This document shows positions 47,097 through 58,277 of a stretch of DNA of 64,000 bases, one piece after another. A program made the translations under genes and the position numbers. The DNA lies in the NCBI GenBank assembly GCA_000708835.1, contig DF237054.1:135501-199500 (forward strand). Reading direction: 5' to 3'. The notes below the pieces were generated by a model. It was not told where the DNA came from. It saw only the letters and a program-made list of their open reading frames with translations, and did no database searches. Numbering within the stretch: the stretch's first letter is position 1; each line of letters starts with the position of its first letter. This DNA comes from Klebsormidium nitens (lineage: Eukaryota > Plantae > Klebsormidiophyceae).

Positions 47097-50000
47097 ATGG
47101 CGAAAGGTGAGAAGGGCAGGCGGCGCCCCTGGCGGGAGGGGAAGCCGCAGGGGCCACCAAAACCAGGGGGTGGCAAAGCCAATGGAAGACTGGGCGGAGG
47201 CAAGCCAGAGTTTCCAAAGAACAGACAGTACACGAAGGACGATGATGATTCTGAAGACGTCCCCAACTTCAGCGATCTGTCAGACGATGACATTGGGGAG
47301 GACAATGCAGTCTCCGAGGATGCTGACAGTATCAAAGACGATGTTGCAAAGTTTGCAGCCAATCTGGGCTTGGCCGTGGAAGGCTTTTCCGGCAGCGGGT
47401 TCGATGACCGCGACTTTAGAAAACCCCCAAAGAAGGTGGAAGTGTCCAAACAAAAGGAGGACAAGAAGAAGGGGAAGGCTGCGGCAGACGGTAAAGGTGA
47501 CGAGGCGGCAGGTAAAGGTCAGAAGGGCAGAAAGCAGAGTGAGAAGAACGATTCGGAGGTTGATGGTGGTGGTGCGAAGGGAAAGAAGAACAAGAATGGG
47601 GAGAAAAACAAGGGTGCGCTACCACCACCCCCCGCTGGAGAAATTCCGGAGGCGGGGGGTGCATTCGCACCAGCGGAGTCGTTTTTCGAAGTCGGAGGGG
47701 GGGGCATCGAGGACGTTCCGATGGGGCCATGGTACGAACAGGCGGCCGAACTCTCTTCAAAGCTGCCGGCCCCGACCGCTGACGTCAGCGCGAAGGGCAA
47801 GAAATCGAAAAGGGGAGCGGCTGACGTCAGCAGCGAGCCGCTGAAGAATTGGGACGACGTGCTGCAGAAGATGCGGGGGGATGGGGAGGAGTTATTGCAT
47901 AAGGCGGCGGAGGCTTACGAGCGGGGGCAGGGGAAGAGCGGGAAGGACGTGGCGTGGCTCGTGCGCGCGCGGAAGACGGGGACGTCGGCGGATAAGGTGG
48001 CGGCCATGACGGTCATGGTGCAGGAGGACCCCGTGGCCAATGTGCGCAGCCTGGACGCCCTGCTAGGTGAGCGAGTGATGCTTTGATGAAAGCTTGGGTG
48101 GTGGTGTAGTGTCTTGTGATTGAAGTTCTCAGGAAGATGGGTTTCTAAAGACTTTTTTCTGAGACTATGAGTTGGTGCTTTGTTGCTGGTTCTTATCGCC
48201 CGGTTAGACGAGCAACCGCCTCATAGCACCTCTGATGAATGTGTTTTGTTCTGTTCATGAATGTCACTGCACTTGGAAGGCTTGTTGTTTATCAGATTAG
48301 CATTAGCTTGGAATAACGTGCGATTGCTTGTTCCAGCATTCCTGTTGGCTACGGATTCACTCGAAGCTGACCATCACAATATGTCACCCCTCCAGTTGAA
48401 ACAGATTCCACCAGGTACTTTTTCAGGCTTTTGCTTACCAACTCATAAGCTACTCTATCACAAGTCCGACAGCGTCACTGCCTCTCAACTCAACCGTGTA
48501 CCTTACTCAATGTAGGCATGGTGTCCAACAAGGGCGGTAAGCGCAATGCGGCGATCGCGATTGACGCCTTGCGTGAGCTGTTTGTGACGTCGCTCCTGCC
48601 GGACCGCAAGCTCAGATACCTGGCGCAGCGGCCCGAGCTGGAGACCCTGGCGTCGCAGGGAAAGGACGGGGAGCCCCTCCTTCAATTCTGGTACTGGGAG
48701 GATGCCCTTAAGCAACGGTGGGTCTGACACGCTCGCTTCTTTCTTTGGCCCCATAGGTTCTTGGCCCGCATTTGACCATGCCTGAAGCATTGAACAGCTT
48801 TTGTTGCCCTTTTTGTGATCGATGTTCTTATATTCAAAGCTGGTGCACATCAAGAGGCCCTTTTGTTGCGATTGTTCACCACAGCGGGAGTTGCTGCCTT
48901 CACAGTTTCAGTGCTATCAATTCATCTGATTGAGTGCTTGACTTGTTTGGAATGTTCCAAACATGGCGCTCGCTCCTCCGATTGCGCACTTGGTGGGCCT
49001 CGCTTTGTAGCACTCTTTTAACAGCATGCCTGGGGGCAAAGAATGCTGCGCTCATATGTTTACGCCCCCGCCTTATTCTCCCCGCCCGCCTGCAGGTATG
49101 ACACATTTGTGACGTCACTGGACGCGCTGAGCCGTGACAACCTGCAGTTTCTCAAGGAGAAGGCGCTCAAGACACTGTTCGACCTGCTGGTAGCAAAACC
49201 GGAGCAGGAGGCCAAGCTGCTAGCAGCGCTTGTAAATAAGGTGCGCCTGTGACATTTTTGTGGAGACTCCCTCGGAGATTGTTGTGCTCTCTTAGAAATG
49301 CATGTTTCAGCTGAGGCAGTGTGCATCAGTACACCAGCCCAAAGATGCACAGCATCCGTTCTATATGGTAGATCCCCTTTGGAGCAAGCTCGTATGGTCC
49401 TCTAGAGACGTTGCAACATTTAAGCTATTTGCCATGGGTCCGTCCCCGACCCCCTAACCACGCTCTCTCATATGGTCTTCTGGTGATTTTCGGCCCGCTG
49501 ACAATTTTGTTCCTCCCGCGCCTAGTTGGGTGACCCTGAGCGGAAGGTCGCCTCTAAGGCGGGGTACCTGCTGGCGCGCCTCCTGGAGCAGCACCCCGCC
49601 ATGAAGCGCGTCGTCGTGCAAGAAGTCGAGGCCTTCGTCTTTCGGCCCCACGTGGGCCTGCGGGCGCGCTACTATGCGGTATGTTGTTTCAAAGTGTCTA
49701 ACGTCATTGTTGAATCGCAATATGGGTATCTGCTTTGTGGGCTCCGCAATCGAAGCTTGTGCGAACGAAGCTCTTGGTGTTCGTAATCTATGCAAAGTCC
49801 TTCATGTAGTCTTTCGTATGTGCTGTTGAGTTGGGGCGTGTCCGAAGTATGGTGCCTTTGATTTTTGTTGAATTACGAACTTGTTATCTGCGGGTCTCTA
49901 CCGAGGAGCGTGGGCCTTTGGTGCTTTCTTGTAGAGAGACTCGTCTTTTACATGTACCTTGAAGAGAACACCTTTTGATTTGCACTTGAACGGCGGCCAG

Positions 50001-53000
50001 ATTGTAGAGCCGAGAGCGAACATCTGTTTTTGACAGCTTCATTTTTTTGCTAGCTACCGTGTCTTCGCAGGCATGTTCACAAGACCGCTTCTATCAAGCC
50101 AGCGAGGCTCACTGCTTTGCTCGTAGCTTTTCAAATAACAGACCTGAACCTGCCTTACACGTGGGCTTTGCGGCGCCTCTGATCTTTGCTCAAGCCAGTC
50201 GCAGTCCCTCTCTGCAGGTAGTGTTTCTGAACCAGATCATTCTTACCAAGAAGGGTGACGGCTCGGCCCTGGCAAAGTCGCTGATTGGCCTTTACTTCGG
50301 GCTTTTCAAGGTGAGTGCGAGCCAGCGATCTGCAAAGTTTAAGGGTCACCTTACTTACAGTGCTTGGAATTGTCTGCCTCTCTGAGCTGGGGATGCATGT
50401 CTCGATTCCCTGTTTTTACGTGGCGAAGTTTTCTTTCTTCTCTGGAACTTATTTTCGTAGGGGAGAACTCCGCCCATACTATTTGGAAGTTAAGACGTGG
50501 AAGGACTCGATTAAATGGTTCTTGAGCTTTCAGGAATTTCGTGGTTTCGTCTTTCAAAACAGGCTTCCTCAACACCGACGCTGCTTTCCTTCAGCAACCT
50601 TGTCCCCCAACGAGCTTCCAATTTGCGTTTTCGAGTTTGAAGATCTTTTGATGCCTAGCCCTCCAGCTTTTCGTACTTGTGTTGATAATCAACACCCGAC
50701 AATTGGATTAGACTGGTTATTTGATTGAAGTGGCGCCAGTTAAGCATCCGAATGAATCGTGAAATCAATTGAGCAATTTTACCGCAGGCTCTGACGGCGC
50801 TCGAGGCCGACGCGGAAGACCCTTCCTCCACCTTCCAGAAGTCCCTCGGCAAGCGCCCCCGCCAAAAGACGCGCGAAGTCAAGAAGATCATCCAGAGCAA
50901 GAAAAAGCGCCTCGCCGCCAAAAGCGCGACCAAGGGCGCAGCCCCAGTCTCGGAGGACAGCACTGTGGGGGTCGATTCGCGGATCCTGTCGGCCATTCTC
51001 ACCGGTGTGAACAGGGCCTTTCCGTATGTGGCGGCAGATGACGTGGACGCGCTGCTGCGGGAGCACACGCCGGAGCTGTTCCGAATGGTGAGCGATTAGT
51101 TTCGCTCAAGAAACGAAATAACAGTTCTTGAGTCCGTGCGTTTGTGTATCTGGTTGCAACAGCGCTCAATGCGGAGGGGCTCCCTATGCCTTGACAAGTG
51201 GAACACTGTGCGGTTGCATCATTAACCAGCTTCGGCCGCTGATCAATAAAAACATATAACGGAGAAGCTGAGGATCCTTCGTCGCAAGTCTCAACAGCGT
51301 CGATTGTCAGGAATGACGTGAGGTTTTGTTCAATCAAGTTACATGGGCAAGCAGCCGTTATAGTTGTCCCCGTCCTCGGCTCATATGCTCCACCACTCTA
51401 GCCGAACCATCGAAGATCAACCTGCACAAGAGGTCCAATCAAATCCAAGCCTGTCACTGACCAACATCACAGGTCATTCGTCAATCCCAGTTTTCTCTCA
51501 TTTGCCGCTATGCCTGCGCTGAACTCGTCCCGCTACTCCTGTCCCCAGGTCCACGCGGGCAACTTCAACGTGTCTGTCCAGGCCCTGTTGCTGCTGCACC
51601 AGCTCATGTCCGCCCACCAGGCCGTCAGCGAGCGCTTCTACAGGGCCCTCTACGCCGTGCTGCTCTCCCCCGCCCTCGCCAAGTCGTCCAAGGTAGGCCC
51701 CGTCTGCGGCCCTGTTCCTTGTAACCGTGCCCGGAGAGCGACGTGATCTGGATTTTGTGTTCGTGGGGGGAGTTACGTGGAGAAGAATATGGTAGCTCGT
51801 ATGCAATACCAAGATTGTTTGCCCGTTTCCATTTGGTTGGTCCTTTAGAAGTCTTGAATGGGGTCACCTCACGACCAGAATCTACTTTAGCTCTTTTTCT
51901 GTTGTCCTCGTACAGGCCAACATTTCGACATCGATCTTGTTCACCTCTTCCAGCTCGCCCGCTCCCGCTTCTTGTCTTGAAGTCTCAGCTTTTTTGTAAT
52001 CCGTTTTCTCACATCACTCGCTCTCCCGTGTCCAGGCCGCCCTCTTTCTCTCGGTCCTCTTCAAAGCCATGAAGTCGGACCTCGACTCCAAGCGCATCGC
52101 TGCGTTTGCAAAGCGCCTTCTCCAAATCGCGGCCCACCAAAGCCCGCCGTTCACGTGTGGCGCGTTACTGCTCGTTTCCGAGGTCCTCAAGATTCGGCCG
52201 ATCCTTTGGGGGGCGGTCCAGCAGCCGGAAGACAAAGGGGACGATCTGGAGCATTTCGAGGACGTCCGAGAAGAGGGTGACGGTTCGGCAGACGGTCCGA
52301 GAAGCGCGGGTGAGTATCGCTGTTTGAGTAATTGTGAGGAGTGTGTTTCGTTCGTTGTGTAGGTTAGCTGACTTAGGAATCTGGCGGATCGCCGAAGACG
52401 TGCGCTTTTACTTAACAAGATGCTCTGGGAAATTGCGGGGCTGAGACTCTTGAGACCACCTACTATGCAGATGCCTTTGGCTCCGGCATCCACTGCAGAG
52501 AAAGAAGCTGAAAAAGAATCAGCCAAAGCTTTGAAGAGCAGGATCACAATCAACGGGTGTCCTGATCTTCGCCCCTCATCGTCTTTTTGCAGAAAAGGAA
52601 ACGCCTGACTCCCAACCCCCTAAATCCTCCGCGCCCGCCCCCGCTGCTGATATCAGCGGTCCCGTCCTTGGCTTCTCCGCCGAGGATGACGCCAGCGACG
52701 ATGAGGGATCCCCCTCGGGCGACTCGGACGCGGACTCCGACGCCTTGGACGCCGACGAGCGGAGGAAACGCTCCGCTGACGCCAGCACGAGCTCATCGAA
52801 AGGAAGGGCACCAAACGGGCGGTCACAAACGGCGCCTTCAAGCGAGGGTTTGCCTAATGGGGGCGTTAACGGCTTGGTTAAAGGAGATGCTGACACGTGG
52901 CCTGCGAAGGGGCGGTACGATGCGAAGTCGCGGGAGCCGTCGTTTTGCCACGCGGAGACGGCGTGCTGGTGGGAGCTGACGGCGCTCGCCGCGCACGCGC

Positions 53001-56000
53001 ACCCGTCGGTCGCGGCGATGGCCAAGACGCTCTTGGCGGGAGCTAACGTGGTAAGTACACAAGTTCATTCTGGCCAAAATTCTTTTGGCCGGAGCGAATG
53101 GGAGCACTAGCCTTCTGTTGGTCTGTTTGGCCATAAGAAACGAATTTCGAATTGGTGACCGGCGCCGTAAGTTAAGGCAGGTGGGCAGGCGACGTTGTGT
53201 TGTTTTCTGGAAGATGCGATCAGAACTTCGGTGGAAATGACGTGGCACGTAAGAATATGGTTTTTGTTTGAGGGTCGGCTTGCCTGGGCTGACCGAGGCA
53301 TCCTGAAGCCAAGATTCTACCTTAGGATCCCGTAGATTCCTTGAACGGATCATGCTTTGTCTTCCACCAGCCTGCTTCCCCGAGTTCTGGAGATTTTCCT
53401 TTCAAATGCTGTCTGACTTGCTCTCAAAGATCCTTTCGCTGTTCTCAATGATCCCCCTGCAGTTGGTTGCAGCTCTCCGACGGCGACACATGTTTCGAAT
53501 CACGGCCTGTTCCTTCGTATACAAGAACTGCGTTCCAACGAATATCCATTCCTGCAGGCTTCGATGGAGATCCCCTCCGCTTTTGCGCTGACCATCTGTT
53601 CCCTCTTCAGCAGATTATATTGTCTTCTCACCACCCCAAATCTCCCCGCCTCCCGCAGCTATGTGTCGGCGATGCGACCTCGCGCTCACCATCTTCCTGG
53701 ACCTCTTCCTGACAAACAACCTACTGTTTCCTTTGCATATTGGTTTTCCCACATCACCCTATATCCGCTCCCCGCAGTTATACGACGGTGATCCCCTGCG
53801 CGACCTCGCACTTGCGATCTTCCTGGACCGGTTCGTGGAGAAGAAGCCGCGCGCCGCCAAAAGCGACGGCAAGTTCAAGGGCGCTTCGTTCATGCAGCCG
53901 CTGCGGAAAGGTGACGTCACGCGATCGCACCTGCTCGTGGGAGGGGAGGCGTTTGCGGCGGTGGAGGAGAGCCAAGTCGCCGCGGAGGACGCATTCTTCT
54001 ACAAGTTCTACACGGCGAAGGCGGCTAAGGTGGGGAGTTACTTAGTATAGATTGAAGGTTCTTGGAAAATAATGCCAACGAAGAGAACCGGATACCTGTC
54101 CTCCTCTTCATGGCGGAAAAGGACGCAGCTTTTTGCAGTTACGAAGGCTGCCAAGATGAAATGCTGGTGAACGCCTTGAGAATGCTCAACATGGGCCGAG
54201 ATTTCTAACATACTCCAGGGATGCTTCTATTGACAGAGTTTGCTGCCATTCCTGCGCTAGACACTTTTGTGGTCGGTTCCTACCGTAGTTGCGTTTATTG
54301 TTGTGTTTTGGATATTTGTTCCATCCCATTCAAGAGCCCACTCGGAAGCGAGACAAGGAGGGCCACAGCTTCGGACTCGGACTATTTCAAGAGACCCCTG
54401 ATGTGAAACTGCTTAACCTGATTAAACATTTAAAGCTGATCTGTGCAGAAGCCTGGCTGGAGGCGGGGGCACAGGTCCGACGAAGATTCAATAACTGGAC
54501 ATCAGGAACGCAATCCAATCTTAGTTGTTGTCTTTTCTTTTTTACCTTATGTCGTTGAATGCTCAACGTTCGTGTGTGCAGAAGCCAGGCCGAGAGCCGG
54601 CCAAGGGTTGCGACAGCTTGAACGAGCATGCCATAAGCCGGAATTCTAAGTCTACGACGGACAGTGTGTTGTTTCTCGTGGTTGAACTATCAGTATCTGT
54701 GCGTGCAGAAGCCGGGCCGAAAGCGAGGCAAGAGCGGCGACAGCTCGGATGAGGATTTCACAAGCCGAAATTTAGGTTTTTACAGACAATGTGTTGTTTC
54801 TCGTTGTTGAACAATCGGGAACTTGTGCGTGCAGAAGCCGGGTCGAAAGCGAGGCAAGGGCGGCGATAGCTCGGACGAGGACTCTGACGCGGAGGGGCCG
54901 TCCAAAACGAAGGCCAAGAAAGGGAAGAAGAAAGCGGCGGGGGGGGGGAGCGACGACGACATCGAAAACGTCGACAGTGACGATGACGCTCTGGAAAAGA
55001 TTCTGGAGCGGGGGATGGGCGAGGAAGAAGGAGGGTCCGAAGACGAGAGGGGCGAAGATGCCGAAGAGGGTGAGCTCGTCGCCCCCGTTGTGTGTTTGCT
55101 TCTTTCGCCGACGTCTCCTTTCTTTGCTCCACGCATTTTGGCTCATTTTATGTTAATACTAGCTTGCTCTTTTTCGCTTTTTTGGGTGTGCACGTGCTTG
55201 TCATCATTTTTCGTGTTATACCTCGTCTCTCGTTCCGTCATCTTTAAGTCCTCCGTCCTTGTGTGTTGTCCTTGCTTGTCGTTCTCCTTGCCTCACTGTT
55301 GTACATTTTCCTTTCAGTCTGTATCCTTGCTTGCTCGAAAGCCTCTGTCTGTGTTGAAGCGCTGTTTGTAAGCAAGCAAATCTCCTGTGAACGGACACGG
55401 CCCAAAGTACACTGGTTCAGATCTTTCCACTAAGTTAACGCCCTTCTTTTGGGTCTCGCTGGAGTCTTGTGCCTACACTACGGCTGAAGACTGCAAAGCT
55501 CTCATACTAGTAGCACCTGTTTCTGTTCATGACGAGTCGCAGCAGTCTGGGGGCAATGATGTCAAACATGGGTTTCACATAACGGGCCGCTTGCGAGCGG
55601 CCTTGATGAACCAATTTGTTTCCTATTAGCCTGAGCCCTCGCCAGACTACGTCAGCTGTCTTTGACCTCTTCGCTGATTGAACTCTCCGCCATTTTCGAC
55701 CTCTCTGCGTTTCAAGATTCAGAACTAGCTCTTTTCTTATTCAAAGTTTCTGGTCGCTCGTTTGAGGGTCTCCTGATTCGCTTTTCCTGACGAGCGCCGT
55801 GTATGAAAAGCTGTTAGAGCTGCACTCTCTTCTGAACAGGGTTTGACTTTGAAGAAACGTAAGATGGTGTCTTTAGTTCTTATTGACACTCTCTCATGTG
55901 CTTGGCACCTACCATTCCTCTTGTTGGTCGCAGCATTATGTTGAGGTGCCTATTCTGAGTTTCGAGACACGGACAGTGCCTTCTTGTTTCTTGGATGGGT

Positions 56001-56800
56001 AACAGTGTTCACTGGCTGGAGATGCGTGACTAGTGTTTAGCTTGCGCGACCTCTCGCAGGCTCTTGGGCGTGTTATTGCTGAGTCAATGTCCCGGCAACG
56101 GTCCTCAGATGGAAGCCTTCAAACCGTCACAGCCCTACATTCTGAATTCTGATACTTGAGTCGATGAGAGTTTATGCTTTTCCTGGACTTAAAGCCTTTG
56201 ACGTCTGATATACTCGGCCGATTCTTCGCAGGCGGGTGGGACTACGACCGGCTGGCCAAGGTCCTTGAAAAAGACGACGACGCGGACGCGCGCTCAGACG
56301 GCGAGGAGAGCCTGGACGCGGCCGCGGATTCGGACGAGGACGACGAGGGCGGCTTCGAGGGGTTCGCGGTCGCGGGCAGCGACGACGAGGACGAGGACGA
56401 GGCTGACGTCAGCGGGGACGACGATGACGGCAGCGACGAGGATGCTGACGTCAGCGACGGAGGGGAGGACGAGGACAGCGACGACGAGGGGTTCGACTTT
56501 GGGGAGGACGAGAGCGGGAGCGAGGGGGAAGAAGACGGTACCGACGGGGTGCGTGAGAGCGGGGGAGCCGAGAGCTCGTTTGAGGACGAGGCGGAACGGA
56601 GTCAACGGAAAGGAAAGCGGAACCGAGCGGGCCAGAAAAAGGGAGCGCTTGAAGAGGAAGCGGCATTTGAAGGAGGAGAAGAGCCTTCAGAAGGGGCGAA
56701 GGGGGGCGGCACTGGGAAGGGGCCAAAGAAGCGGAAGAAGGGAGGTGTGGGAGTGTCACCGTTTGCAGCTATGGAGGACTTCGCGCACTTGCTAGATTAG
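47097..56800 (+). CDS. NOC1: Nucleolar complex protein 1 / CBF-Mak21 family (CEBPZ, MAK21, plant SWA2/EDA25), 12 exons
   Basis: Exons start at about 47097, 48516, 49096, 49527, 50218, 50789, 51551, 52036, 52592, 53778, 54835 and 56232, GT-AG and in phase. Family motifs: GTSADKVAAM, LLPDRKLRY, WYWEDALKQRY, LGDPERKVASKA, LLEQHPAMK, SRILSAILTGVNRAFPY, RFYRALY, KAMKSD, AFAKRLLQ, WELTALAAHAHPSV, YDGDPLRDL, FLDRFV, acidic tail ending FAAMEDFAHLL. Confidence 0.95.
53455..53777 (+). repeat. Two to three decayed copies of the acceptor plus 5' end of the NOC1 exon starting at 53778
   Basis: True cag/TTATACGACGGTGATCCCCTGCGCGACCTCGCACTTGCGATCTTCCTGGACC. Copies start at 53659 (cag/ctatgtgtcggcgatgcgacctcgcgctcaccatcttcctggacc), 53558 (cag/gcttcgatggagatcccctccgc) and, weakly, 53473. 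Confidence 0.8.
54440..54834 (+). repeat. Three decayed ~128-nt tandem copies of the acceptor plus 5' end of the NOC1 exon starting at 54835
   Basis: gtgcag/AAGCC(T/A/G)GG starts at 54449, 54582, 54709 and the true exon at 54835. Similarity to the true exon rises toward it, and the intronic block gtgttgtttctcgt.gttgaac is also repeated. Confidence 0.92.
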
Positions 56801-57389
56801 GAACTTGAGAGGATGTTCCGGCTTACGGTCAACCATAGTACGTTTTACCCCCAACGAGGATGATTCCCAAAGGCAACCTTTTTCAGCCGTTGTGTGCCTC
56901 CTGTTAGCCGTGCAGTCTGGGACGTCAATGCATGTTCATGTGAGGCATATGATAGTCCAAGAATGGACGGCCAAGCGCAGACTCTTTTGGACGTCTACAA
57001 GCTTGAAGGTTGATTGCAAAGGTTGACTGCACGCTGGTGCAGCCGTATGCATATCGAGGACTCGCGCGTGGCTTCGTCGATCCTGGCATGTCATGGAAAA
57101 TATCATATTCCGAAGTTCATTCTAATTCGGATTGCAACGGTCGGGCGCTGACACTTCATGTGCATGGCCCAGTTTTGTGGCCGGTAGCTCGGATCACGAT
57201 ATACGCATATATGACCCAGTGTTCTCCTTCTTGAAGCGTATGAGAGACGGTCTCACATGGAGTACAGAATTGACATGTAGATCCTGCACACCCACACTGA
57301 CTTCCGCTTGTACTGATAGCCGATCCGCACATGCATGTGCGCGCGGGTCTCCAAGGAACCATCTGAGCATTTTTGGTGGTGCGCGTGCA

Positions 57390-57527
57390 GTGCAAACAAT
57401 ACGTTCGCTATACCATTAAGCTTCAAAGAGAATTGATCCCGCAGCGCTTGATTGCCCGAGTGCAAACAATACTCGCTATACCCTTAGGCTTCAACGAGAA
57501 TTGATCCCGGCGCTTAATTGCCCGAGT
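57390..57527. repeat. Two-copy ~70-nt tandem repeat
   Basis: gtgcaaacaatac(gt)tcgctatacc(a/c)tta(a/g)gcttcaa(a/c)gagaattgatccc...gcgctt(g/a)attgcccga occurs at 57390 and 57460. Confidence 0.9.
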
Positions 57528-58277
57528 ACGTAGCTCTTCTACGCCATTACACACGTACAGTATACCTAAAGTGTGAGTTGCCAACTGATGGTATCGACGA
57601 AGCGTATGCTTTGTGTTCAATTGACTTCCTCGGCCAACTCAAGGACAAACACGACTGGCCGGCTGAACCCTTCTGGGGCCGCACTGGTGCCTAAAAGTGC
57701 AGTGCACACACTTTAGTCACGCCCATACAAATGTGGTACTGCCCACATAGATCACAGCAGTACCAGCCTGAACTTGGGAAGAAATTGTCTGGCCGCCGCA
57801 TATACTTATGACATGGCAGATATTGACAAATGTGGCTGTGGGGAAATGATATGTCGCGTCACCAAGAAGCATCCTGTCATGAATGCTTCTATCATGCTGA
57901 GGACCGCTACACATCTACAGACTCTGCAAACGTTTTGGATGGAGCTTCCTGTGGCTCGGCGACTAGTTTTCTGACAGCTCGACAAGTAATCCCATTACCA
58001 TGTTCCGCAAGCCTACATTCTTTCCGTAGTCTTCTGCCAATCTCTTTGTCTCCATTCTTCCATCAAACGTACTGAATATGCTTGGAGCTCCCTTTTTGAC
58101 GCAGACTGGAAGAAATTGGTTTAATTGGATGGGCATATTGTACCTACGAGACACTCGACGAAGGTGAGCGCAAGTATAAATAGCATTGAGTGTAAGAGAG
58201 AATAACATCACTTGAATGAGTAGATCTTTGGAACGATATATTCATGCAGCATATATTCGCGTCCCCAGATCTATCTT

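Noticed and set aside
55100-55390. 182-aa ORF extension with hydrophobic F/L/C-rich tail (54823-55371) as a membrane protein
   Set aside because: It is read-through from a NOC1 exon into a very A-poor, pyrimidine-rich intron. A strong G/gtgagc donor lies at ~55071.
57030-57360. Possible inverted repeat or MITE
   Set aside because: Only short palindromes (cacatgcatgtg) and weak arm similarity; no convincing TIR or target-site duplication.
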